DNA of 64,000 nt, taken from sequence record NC_022096.1. The stretch is one strand, 5' to 3'. The notes under the pieces are model-generated. The model was not told the origin of the DNA. It saw only the letters and a list, made by a program, of their open reading frames with translations, and made no database searches. Positions 54,850-63,240 of the stretch are shown here, one piece after another. How positions within the stretch are numbered: position 1 is the stretch's first letter; each line of letters begins with the position of its first letter. Made by a program: the position numbers and the translations under genes.

Positions 54850-54997
54850 GTGGTTGTCTCCAAGGAAGTTTGCAGGGTTGGCAGGACCAACAGCCTGCGA
54901 CTTGTTATCGCAACTTCTGTCACGATACGCATAAATTGCAAAAAGCAAAAATGCGCTCCAAATCGCAGATTGTCAGCAAGTTGTATAAACAGCAGAA

Positions 54998-55960
54998 TTA
55001 GGCCTTCTGCTGCTTGTTGCGCATCCGAGTGAGTTTCTCCAGCAACGCCTTGCGTTCAGCCTTGTTGGTGGCCTTACCGATGGTAGTAACAGCAATGCTT
55101 CCATCGAGGCGCCGGCGAGCACCTGCCTTGTTGCGGAAGACGTGAAGGTCCCCGTTCGGATGGATAACGATTGGCAGGTAACCAAAGGCGGTAGTCAGTA
55201 CGCCTTCGATGGCATAGGGCGTACGGCCGCCAGGATGCTTCTTGAACACGTTTTTGATTCGGAAACCGTATTCCTTGAACTCAGCTTTGATCGGATCGAC
55301 CACGCTCTTGGGTGCAGTTACCCAAGTAGACGGTTTCTTATCCGGCTTGGCTACCGAAGCCTTGGGTGTGATCGTCGCTTTCGGCTTGAACGTGTCCGCG
55401 GAGAGGCGCTTAACGGCACGATTCGGTCGCACACCCATACGGGATTCTGCGGCGGCTTTGTCCGGATATGGACCAGAGAGCGGCGTTGCAGGGCGCGTGG
55501 ACGTATCCACCACGAACCAAGCTTTGTCACCAGCGGGTGTTGCAGCTTTCGCCTTCGCTTTCAACAAAGCCAGTTTGTTCTCCAGCTTGGCACGATCTTC
55601 AACCTTCAAGCGAACTCCTGTGATCTTTCCGTCGAGGGCGGCTTTTATCAGGCCCTTTAAGTCGGTACGCTTGAATTTTTTCAGCTGGGTATCTGACAGA
55701 ATGTGCCGCTTGCTGCTCCACATGTTACGAAGGTCGCCATCAGCCAGATAGTGCGTATAGCACGGAGAGGCTGCGAAGCCTTCGATCTTGATGCGATCCA
55801 CTTTCGGGTCACCGATACCACGAGCTGCACTGGTGCGACGGGCGCCCAGTTTCCAGACATTCATGGAATCGATTTTGCCGTTCTTTTCCGTGTAAACGAT
55901 GTCACCTGACTGGAGCGCTTTCGCAGCCACCGCTTCCAGAAGATTGATTTTGATGAGCAT
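54998..55960 (-). CDS. basic hypothetical protein, candidate internal head protein
   Basis: 320 aa Lys/Ala-rich; N-terminus MLIKINLLEAVAA. Confidence 0.7.
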   Translation of the reverse strand: MLIKINLLEAVAAKALQSGDIVYTEKNGKIDSMNVWKLGARRTSAARGIGDPKVDRIKIEGFAASPCYTHYLADGDLRNMWSSKRHILSDTQLKKFKRTDLKGLIKAALDGKITGVRLKVEDRAKLENKLALLKAKAKAATPAGDKAWFVVDTSTRPATPLSGPYPDKAAAESRMGVRPNRAVKRLSADTFKPKATITPKASVAKPDKKPSTWVTAPKSVVDPIKAEFKEYGFRIKNVFKKHPGGRTPYAIEGVLTTAFGYLPIVIHPNGDLHVFRNKAGARRRLDGSIAVTTIGKATNKAERKALLEKLTRMRNKQQKA

Positions 55961-55969
55961 GGTAGGTCC

Positions 55970-56212
55970 TTATTGGTTGTACGCTTTGGAATTTTTCATC
56001 AGACTGTCGTATACGACAGGTGAGATGGCAAACACCTCGTCGTTCAGTTTGATCTGACGACCCTTATTAGTGATCGCTAAGCTGAACACTTGGCCGGTTT
56101 GTACCGTACCGATGTCCAGCTGAGTGTCGCGTCCTTTGTACACGCGATGGAACCATCGCGGCTCATCGCCGGCCAGGGCTTCATTCAGGTTGATCTTGAT
56201 GCGCACGATCAC
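55970..56212 (-). CDS. small hypothetical protein, candidate internal head protein
   Basis: GTG start overlapping TopIB stop; N-terminus VRIKINLNEALAG. Confidence 0.65.
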   Translation of the reverse strand: MIVRIKINLNEALAGDEPRWFHRVYKGRDTQLDIGTVQTGQVFSLAITNKGRQIKLNDEVFAISPVVYDSLMKNSKAYNQ

Positions 56213-57897
56213 TCTTCCTTCTTGGTGGAGTCGATGGCTTTCTGCACCTTGGCACTCGGGCGAATGCCCAGCTTGGTGTAAAACTCCGCCAGAATCTCCG
56301 GGCTGATGTAGTTTTGAATAGCCGTGTTGCTGGTGATCTTGTCGCCACTCATGTGACCAAGCTCGGCACCGATCTTGAGCAGTTCGGTCTCCAACCACTT
56401 GTGGACATCACGATCTTTCCAGTTGCCGCCTTTCTTGAACGGGCTGTCCTTGAGCAGCGCCAGTGCCATCTCAGTACCGCGCGCCGTACGCAGCTTGTGC
56501 ACCGTGAAGGCTTTCGGGAAGCCTAGGGTACGCATGTAGCGGTTGATCATGGCGCCAGTGACCTGAGCGTTCTTGAAGGTGAACACGTGGTCGTTCGAGC
56601 CTTTGCCTTCGATCAGCTTGTGCAGAGCATCGCCCAGTTGCTTGCCACGCGCCGAAGTGAACTTGAGCTTGTGGGCCTGCTTACCGCCGGACTTGCCGAT
56701 GTAGGTAACAGTGGCGCCATTGCCTTGGGTGTTGAACTTGAAGTGCTTGACCAGAAGCTGCGTGGCGCCGTACGTCTTCTCGCCACCTGTGGCTGCATTC
56801 TTGTTGCCGACGCGAGCGCTGGTGTCGTAGATGAACTCGCACAGTGTCGCCAGCACACCTTCTTTCGACTTGTTGACCTTGCGCAGATCAGGCAGCCACT
56901 TCTTGGTCAGTTGGCTGAGCTTCGGCATGACTTCGGCCACGACGTTGAATTTCTCGGCCTTGGCGCCAGTACGGTACGACTCGGTGTAACCGCGGGTCGC
57001 GTTCTGGGCGAACGGCGGCGTGAACTCGCAGACGTATGCGTTGTCCTCGTCGGCGTTGTACTTCGGATTCATCTTCACTTCACCGCTGGGGCTTTGCAGC
57101 AAACGCTTGCCGGCAGTGGTGTAGAAGCGGCCCAGGTCATCGATGTTGCCAACGAATCCAGTAGGTAGGTTGTGGACGATACCCAGCGACTTGAGCTGGG
57201 AGATAACGTCACGCAACGGCAGATATGGCTGGCCAGATGCACGCACCAGATTCGCCAGAGCCTTCTTGAAGATGTCGTTGACTTCCCGGCGGAGCTTCAG
57301 GTACTCGGTATGGCCCTGGGTTTTCTCACCCTTGGCTTTGTTGTGTGCCTGCCACTTCTCCAGAACTTCGGTGGGCATGATGTAGCCAGATACGCCACCA
57401 TGGCGCTTCACCAGAGCTTGCAGCTTCTTGTACACGTCGCCGGTATCGATGCCATCAACGTCGTGCGTGTAGAACTGCGTAACCATCGGATCGCCGATGG
57501 CCGTGACGCCGCGCAGCAGTCGCTTGGCGGCAGACTCGCTACCAAAATGCGCCAGACGGAAGTCTTTGAGTAGCCCGAGTTGGGCGCGGCTGATGTCCGT
57601 TTCCTTCTCGAATGCCTGGGTCTTGGCTTTCAGTGCTTCCAGCAGCTCGGTGATGGCAGCATCTGCGGTATCGTCTTCTGCTGGATTGGCGCCACCAACC
57701 ACAGAGCGCACGGCAGCGCTGGTGAGTTTGGTGAGTTTGAATTTGGTCAGAAACTCACCCGCATCGCGCTCCCACATGTTCATGCGGCGCAGTTGCTCTC
57801 GATTGAGCTTGATGTCGTAGGTGACGTAGAGGGTTGCCAGTAGCTTTAGGAAGGAGACAACCGAATCCTTCTGTACGGCGCTAAGACTGGTGTGCAT
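56209..57897 (-). CDS. type IB DNA topoisomerase with long N-terminal extension
   Basis: ARVGN (Arg), TYGATQL, GKSG (Lys), KLRT (Arg), ELGH (His), NYISP (Tyr). Confidence 0.85.
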   Translation of the reverse strand: MHTSLSAVQKDSVVSFLKLLATLYVTYDIKLNREQLRRMNMWERDAGEFLTKFKLTKLTSAAVRSVVGGANPAEDDTADAAITELLEALKAKTQAFEKETDISRAQLGLLKDFRLAHFGSESAAKRLLRGVTAIGDPMVTQFYTHDVDGIDTGDVYKKLQALVKRHGGVSGYIMPTEVLEKWQAHNKAKGEKTQGHTEYLKLRREVNDIFKKALANLVRASGQPYLPLRDVISQLKSLGIVHNLPTGFVGNIDDLGRFYTTAGKRLLQSPSGEVKMNPKYNADEDNAYVCEFTPPFAQNATRGYTESYRTGAKAEKFNVVAEVMPKLSQLTKKWLPDLRKVNKSKEGVLATLCEFIYDTSARVGNKNAATGGEKTYGATQLLVKHFKFNTQGNGATVTYIGKSGGKQAHKLKFTSARGKQLGDALHKLIEGKGSNDHVFTFKNAQVTGAMINRYMRTLGFPKAFTVHKLRTARGTEMALALLKDSPFKKGGNWKDRDVHKWLETELLKIGAELGHMSGDKITSNTAIQNYISPEILAEFYTKLGIRPSAKVQKAIDSTKKEE

Positions 57898-58852
57898 GGC
57901 CTATCTCATCGTATTGGGCGAAGTAGTCGCGCAGGCGCACTGGACCTTTGTCGGTCACAACGCACCCGTCCTCGACCTTAACTGCCGATTGAATGGAACG
58001 GAAGCGGCACACATGGAATGCCATAAACTGGTCAAATTCATGCGTGCCAAATTCAGGAGCTTTCACCATGGCTCGCCACTTGACGAGAATCGGGTGCTCC
58101 AAATCGCAGGCCTCAGGCAGTTCGCCGTATGCGTAGGCATGTTCCAGCCACGACAGTACGTCCGTCTTCTTGCCGTCAGCAGAGTAGATTGGGCGTTGGA
58201 ATTTGAACAAGGCTGTGGTCGAGTAGTATCCGGTGTCCACGGAAGTTCGGCAGAACAGAGCCAGATCGTGGTAGTTGACCTGAGATACTATCTCGTCCAT
58301 GCTGTAGGCGCGCATGGACATAACGCGCCACATGGCGTCGTCAGGAACGATGAAGGCATACTGCTCTTTGCGGATGCTCTTTTCCTGAATACGCTTTAGA
58401 TCAGCCTCGTTGAGCTGTATCTCGAATTGCTGGTGTGCCAACGACAAAAGGTCACCCGACCTGCGGATAACCAGTTCTTCGTTGGGCATAATGCCGATGT
58501 TGTTCGTGAGGATAGGTGCGTTGGTCCGATACACCTCTTCGCTGCACTCACTTCGGTTTTGCTGCACTGTCTTGATCGGGATGATGTTGTTCAGGGTTAC
58601 GGCAATCACGTCATCGAGTCCGGCAAAAGGCACACCGGACTTCATGATGGCAGTAACGCGCATCTGCAAGACAATGAGGGATTTCACCACGTGCCTGTGG
58701 GAGAGAACGCTTCCAACCAACTCATACTGGGAAGTTTCCTTGGGCTTGATGCCCAGACTTTCCAGTAACTGCTGAGTCTCAGGCGTCAGAATGACGTCCT
58801 TGTTAAGGACGATTGAGACGGTGAAATTGTCGGCCTGAGACATGATGTGCAC
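57881..58852 (-). CDS. hypothetical protein
   Basis: about 320 aa, GAGG RBS. Confidence 0.75.
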   Translation of the reverse strand: MHIMSQADNFTVSIVLNKDVILTPETQQLLESLGIKPKETSQYELVGSVLSHRHVVKSLIVLQMRVTAIMKSGVPFAGLDDVIAVTLNNIIPIKTVQQNRSECSEEVYRTNAPILTNNIGIMPNEELVIRRSGDLLSLAHQQFEIQLNEADLKRIQEKSIRKEQYAFIVPDDAMWRVMSMRAYSMDEIVSQVNYHDLALFCRTSVDTGYYSTTALFKFQRPIYSADGKKTDVLSWLEHAYAYGELPEACDLEHPILVKWRAMVKAPEFGTHEFDQFMAFHVCRFRSIQSAVKVEDGCVVTDKGPVRLRDYFAQYDEIGHAHQS

Positions 58853-58853
58853 C

Positions 58854-59324
58854 TCATAGATTGTCCAAGAGGTAGCTCATCCGCTCGAAGAGGCTCAGAT
58901 ATTTCATCTGATGGATGTCTTTCTTGGGAACACGGAAACCAAGGTAGTAAACCTTCATCTTGCTCCAATCGCGACCTTCTGTCGGATCGATGACGCGGTC
59001 GTCGTCTTTCCGAACACAGAACGAATGGGGTTCGATCTTCCATGGGATCATCGGCTCTTCTCGCCAGATGATGTACCCAACGCACAGGTCGAGTTCATCA
59101 GCATTGCGGCGCTGAAACTCTACGGCGTTTTCGTGCGGCGTGTTTTCCGGCATGGTGCCGATGTATCGGCCTTTGTGTACGACTGGGAGAATGGCCAAAC
59201 GCTTCGGCAGGTCGCGCCAAAACTTGCGATTCTCGATCAGCGAATCGATGATGTTCTGAGGCAGTCGGTTTGTGGACATGCTCAGGCTGGCCAGTCGTCC
59301 TTTGAGACTGAATGAGACCTTCAT
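58854..59324 (-). CDS. hypothetical protein, possible transglutaminase/papain-like fold
   Basis: HENA...CVGY...PHSFCV...VIDPT...YYLG. Confidence 0.55.
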   Translation of the reverse strand: MKVSFSLKGRLASLSMSTNRLPQNIIDSLIENRKFWRDLPKRLAILPVVHKGRYIGTMPENTPHENAVEFQRRNADELDLCVGYIIWREEPMIPWKIEPHSFCVRKDDDRVIDPTEGRDWSKMKVYYLGFRVPKKDIHQMKYLSLFERMSYLLDNL

Positions 59325-59950
59325 GCAAAGTTCCTTAGGAAGTCATCAACGTGGCGGATGGATTCCGCAAAGACATCGTCCAGCGGCTTTGAGGCGTCGA
59401 TAATGATGAAGCTCGGATCGTCGGCGGCCCATGCGTGAAAATTAGCTCGGACCTTGGCGAAGTATTCAACGCCTCGGCTTTCGATCTGATCCAACTTGCC
59501 GTCACGATTTAGGACGCGCTGTTCGTAGATTTCGACAGGGATGTCATAGAACAGGGTCAAATCTGGCTTGACCAGCAGAGATTCCGCCAGCGCATGGACG
59601 GTCGGAACCTGTTCAGTACGCGCACCCTGGTACGCCGCAGTCGTGGCACAGTAGCGATCAGAGACCACCAGATAGCCACGATCCAAATACGGTTGAATGA
59701 TGTGCTTGGTGTGCTCGATACGGCTGGCGTAGAACAGCATGGTCTCGGTGATCGGGTCCAGCTGCGGATTTTGATTGTTCAACACCGTGCGAAGTTCACG
59801 ACAGAACTGGCTGTCCTTGTACTCACTGGCGACGAAGTGTGGAACATCTGAGTGGCTCAGGTAGTTTTCAATGTTGCGGGCATTGCTATCTTTTCCCGCC
59901 CCGTCGAGGCCCTCAAGCACAAGGAAGGCCCCACGTTTCTTGGCAGTCAT
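59321..59950 (-). CDS. tmk: thymidylate kinase
   Basis: LEGLDGAGKDS P-loop, LFYASR, VSDRY...AYQG, PDLTLFYDIP. Confidence 0.95.
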   Translation of the reverse strand: MTAKKRGAFLVLEGLDGAGKDSNARNIENYLSHSDVPHFVASEYKDSQFCRELRTVLNNQNPQLDPITETMLFYASRIEHTKHIIQPYLDRGYLVVSDRYCATTAAYQGARTEQVPTVHALAESLLVKPDLTLFYDIPVEIYEQRVLNRDGKLDQIESRGVEYFAKVRANFHAWAADDPSFIIIDASKPLDDVFAESIRHVDDFLRNFA

Positions 59951-59953
59951 ATC

Positions 59954-60442
59954 TTACTCCTCGAGGTAGAAGCGTTTGCGGCGTTTGCCTTCTGGGCAAT
60001 TTCTTCGTGAAGCACCGCCACGCCATGCCATCTTGATCAGCAGCTTCATCATCACCTTGTCGGCAACTTCGCGCCGTTTGGCAGGCTTGATGACCTTGAC
60101 GTTACCCATTGGAGTAAGCGTCATGACACCAACGCCGTAGGGCTTGATGTCGTTCAGGATTTGCTGATAGAACTTCGATTCGATCAACTTCGGAGGGAGG
60201 AATAGATACAGCTTGTTGGTGAACGGTAGGTACTCCATCCACTTGCTGTCCGACGTGTAGTCGGCTTTGCAGCTCTTAACCTCGACCCCAACAAGGTTCA
60301 TCTTGGTATTCATGCACAGCAGGTCGAGTCTACGCTCTCCTCTGCGGCCAACACCAAACTCGAAGAAGACGGCATACAGCTTTCGTATGTAGTAGTGCGA
60401 CGCAGCATCGGTCAGCACCTTTGTAACTTCCTTGCGACCCAT
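59954..60442 (-). CDS. MmcB-like PD-(D/E)xK endonuclease
   Basis: RRLDLL...VEVKSCKADYTSDSKWMEYLPFTNKLY. Confidence 0.8.
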   Translation of the reverse strand: MGRKEVTKVLTDAASHYYIRKLYAVFFEFGVGRRGERRLDLLCMNTKMNLVGVEVKSCKADYTSDSKWMEYLPFTNKLYLFLPPKLIESKFYQQILNDIKPYGVGVMTLTPMGNVKVIKPAKRREVADKVMMKLLIKMAWRGGASRRNCPEGKRRKRFYLEE

Positions 60443-60444
60443 GG

Positions 60445-61791
60445 TTAAATCCCCAACTGCGGGTACCGAAGCAGCGCATCCAGCTTGCGCCGTGTGATGA
60501 TTTCGCGCATCTTGGCGCGATAGTCGTACTGGGAGCAGCGCCCATCGAACCGTGCGAACACGGCTGTCAGCTTGCGTTTGACCTCTTGGTCGGCAAGCCC
60601 GCGAGCAATCGCCTTCTCGATGTCGATGAGTTCTTCTTCCGCATACGGGAAGATTTTGACAGCTGGGAAGTGCTCCCAGATGGCACGAATCTGATCGTCG
60701 GTACCAGAAGCCTTTTCCTTACGCATCCACGATGCAAACATCGGGAACGGCTGTGCGTAGTACGGCTCTTCCTTCTTCGACACCTTTAGCTTGCCAATGG
60801 CTTGCGAAGCGCCCTGCTCTTTGACATCGAACGTCTTTATCAGGCGACCTTTGGGGTCGACCACTTTCCACCAGAGCGGGAGCTTGCTCGGCGGAATCTT
60901 GCCGTTCTTGCTGATCTGTGGATAGTCGCGCATGGACGTCTGCGATGTGGTGACCAGGTCGATGACGTAGGACTTGGTAGGATCATTCTCACGTACCTGT
61001 CTGACCAGATCGTCGAACCTGTCTTCCAGGTCGAGGACGCTCCAGTAGTATTTGGCGTGGTTCGGATACTCAGGCGAGAACACGCGCAGGACGTGAGTCT
61101 CAACGTCGGAGGCCGCTTCTCGCTTCTCCCAGTCGAGGAGAATGCTGATGTTGAATCCGGCGCGATTGATCCGCTGCATTTCGGCTTGGAAGTATCGCCC
61201 GTGGCCGTCGTGCAGGATCGAGTTGTTGCCCTCGTCTATGCCTTTACGGAACAGATACAGGTGGATCATTTCGTGAAGCAGCGTGTCCACAAACAGGATC
61301 ATGTCCGCACTGATGCGCTTCATGTTCACGGTCATACGGTACAACGGCTTGCCACCCACAGAGTTGAACTGCGCCAATCCGAAGGGCGAGCTGGCGCCCT
61401 GGGACTTCTTGAACAGAAGGGACTTCGGGCACATGCCGTTGAAGTATTTCTCGTTGAAGTAGGCGTAGAGTTTCGGGATCAACTCGTAGGTCAGGTTGGG
61501 GATAAACGGGTAGGAAGGGTATTTCGGATGCGGAACGAATTGGAAATCGTCTGGCGTGCTGGACTTCATCAAGCGCAGATACGCTTTGTCCGTGGTGGTT
61601 GCACGAAATTTCAGCTTCGGCTCATCCAAGTGAATGATCGTGACCTTGGTGCCTTCGACCTTCACCTTGAATTGATCATTCGTCCCGACATCGATTTCGT
61701 ACTCATCGTTGTGCTTGTCGAGGACGATCGTGGCACGCCCATTATAGGTGTACGTCACGAATCCATTGTCGGATGCGATTGCAAGTTCCAT
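60445..61791 (-). CDS. SprT-like zinc metalloprotease domain protein
   Basis: start MELAIAS (GGAGG RBS); YAYFNEKYFNG, TLLHEMIH (HExxH), HGRYFQAEM. Confidence 0.85.
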   Translation of the reverse strand: MELAIASDNGFVTYTYNGRATIVLDKHNDEYEIDVGTNDQFKVKVEGTKVTIIHLDEPKLKFRATTTDKAYLRLMKSSTPDDFQFVPHPKYPSYPFIPNLTYELIPKLYAYFNEKYFNGMCPKSLLFKKSQGASSPFGLAQFNSVGGKPLYRMTVNMKRISADMILFVDTLLHEMIHLYLFRKGIDEGNNSILHDGHGRYFQAEMQRINRAGFNISILLDWEKREAASDVETHVLRVFSPEYPNHAKYYWSVLDLEDRFDDLVRQVRENDPTKSYVIDLVTTSQTSMRDYPQISKNGKIPPSKLPLWWKVVDPKGRLIKTFDVKEQGASQAIGKLKVSKKEEPYYAQPFPMFASWMRKEKASGTDDQIRAIWEHFPAVKIFPYAEEELIDIEKAIARGLADQEVKRKLTAVFARFDGRCSQYDYRAKMREIITRRKLDALLRYPQLGI

Positions 61792-61836
61792 GACTGGCCT
61801 CCAGTAACTTACCGTTAAATTACTTTGGATGGTGCG

Positions 61837-61869
61837 GAAACGAAAAAAGGCGACCCGGAGGCCGCCTTT
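61837..61869 (-). terminator. rho-independent terminator
   Basis: AAAGGCGGCC-UCCG-GGTCGCCTTT then TTTCGTTTC. Confidence 0.85.
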
Positions 61870-61876
61870 CATTGCG

Positions 61877-62347
61877 TCATGTTTCGCTCTTGTGTTTAGA
61901 CTCCAAAGCCCAATGTCGGTGTTCGCGCCATCCGATGGTTTCAGCAACTCGGAGTAACGCAACCACGTCCATGCCATTCGCCGGATCGCACTTCACCCAC
62001 TTCGACGAATCGATAGGTGGAGCGCAATGCTCGTCGTCCAGCACCAGATAGTCTTCAGGATTGTCGTGCCTATCCAACCACGCAGCAATCTCGTTATGCC
62101 TGCCGTCAATGTGGTCGCCAGTTGACCAGTCATCATGAAGCGTGCAGAGTATCCCGCGATCCTGCAGGTGCTTCTGCATACGTTCACGCGACTTGCCTTT
62201 GCGGACTGTCGAACTCACCACCACTCGCACGCGTGGTAATGCGAACAATTGATTCAAGACCGCAACAGCGACCGGGTCCGAGACCATACCCGCTAAATCT
62301 GAGCGCGGGTGGACGAACACTCCATCCTGATCGAGGAAGACTATCAT
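61877..62347 (-). CDS. HAD-superfamily phosphatase (Swiss Army Knife RNA-repair-like HAD)
   Basis: FLDQDGV, VVVSSTVR, EIAAWL, YLVLDD. Confidence 0.85.
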   Translation of the reverse strand: MIVFLDQDGVFVHPRSDLAGMVSDPVAVAVLNQLFALPRVRVVVSSTVRKGKSRERMQKHLQDRGILCTLHDDWSTGDHIDGRHNEIAAWLDRHDNPEDYLVLDDEHCAPPIDSSKWVKCDPANGMDVVALLRVAETIGWREHRHWALESKHKSET

Positions 62348-62787
62348 CTACCTAGTGCCTTTGCCATGTTCGTGAGGACGGTTTTGAAGTCGCCCTCGTG
62401 GGCGTAGTTGAAATACACTACGGAGTTTCGTTCCGCAATGAAGGAGACCTTCATCTTGGGCTTCGGAACTGCTCTCACTGGACGCGGCATCCACGGCGGC
62501 GGCGTAATACGCATCACCGTGGACGTCGGCCAGACCTCGAACTGGAAGGTGTAGGTACACTCGTCCTTCTGCGGCGTTGCGAATCGGAACACTACCAGGA
62601 GTGCAGGACTCTTCGCCTCGAGGGTGTCCACGACGACCGCAGGCTGCTGAATCAGCGAACCTTCGATCTGGACATCCTTGAACAAGGCGTGGGCCATGTT
62701 GCGGAGCGCAATCTTTTCAAAGTCTCGAATAGACGACTTGACGACCACGTCCTGAACGACGGTGTTTATTGAACTAAGGGAATACAC
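62344..62787 (-). CDS. hypothetical protein
   Basis: 147 aa, GGAG RBS; N-terminus MYSLSS. Confidence 0.7.
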   Translation of the reverse strand: MYSLSSINTVVQDVVVKSSIRDFEKIALRNMAHALFKDVQIEGSLIQQPAVVVDTLEAKSPALLVVFRFATPQKDECTYTFQFEVWPTSTVMRITPPPWMPRPVRAVPKPKMKVSFIAERNSVVYFNYAHEGDFKTVLTNMAKALGR

Positions 62788-62808
62788 GGTCTACTCCATG
62801 CCGTTGTT

Positions 62809-63240
62809 TTACGGAGCAGGCTCTTCAGGAACCGGAATGAAGAACAGGACTACGTGACCTGCACTCGCTTCGAGCACCGTGATGGTAACCGTATTGGCTG
62901 CCACCACGATTTCGTCCGGCGTGAACGCCTTGCCATCCGCATCATATACGCTCACGGAGACGTTTACATTATTGCGGTTGTGAGTGATGGTCCACGTGGT
63001 CGCCGGAGTTTCCTGAACGAACGAAACGGCATCTGCACCAGTACCGCCAGCACCAGCAGCGACACCTTGCAGCACGCCGTCCTTCATACCCAGGACTTGC
63101 CCTTCACCGAGCACCACACCTTGCAGTTGACGAGGGCCCGCACCGCGACGAACGATCACGGACTCCTCTTGCACGTCTGCTGCCATCCAAGGACGCTTGG
63201 GGAGTTCCAGCTGGATGAAGTCTTCGAATGGATTGGCCAT
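62809..63240 (-). CDS. virion structural protein (tail fibre-associated)
   Basis: C-terminal TWTITHN...VSVYD...TVTIT beta domain typical of fibre/whisker proteins. Confidence 0.6.
   Translation of the reverse strand: MANPFEDFIQLELPKRPWMAADVQEESVIVRRGAGPRQLQGVVLGEGQVLGMKDGVLQGVAAGAGGTGADAVSFVQETPATTWTITHNRNNVNVSVSVYDADGKAFTPDEIVVAANTVTITVLEASAGHVVLFFIPVPEEPAP

Noticed and set aside
51023-55032. Very long plus-strand ORFs (632 aa at 51023-52921, 687 aa at 52969-55032; also 37570-39252, 32657-33937, 2054-3421)
   Set aside because: They are antisense shadows of strongly codon-biased minus-strand genes, with no RBS, no recognisable motifs and composition typical of reverse frames.
56209-57897. 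Integrase or protelomerase interpretation of the R-K-R-H-Y protein
   Set aside because: RVGN, YGATQL, GKSG and KLRT contexts fit TopIB better, and no att site or large palindromic telomere site was seen in the window.
61792-61977. N-terminal 62 aa of the 510-aa track ORF overlapping the HAD gene and a terminator
   Set aside because: A strong terminator at 61837-61869 and a GGAGG RBS before ATG 61791 indicate the later start.
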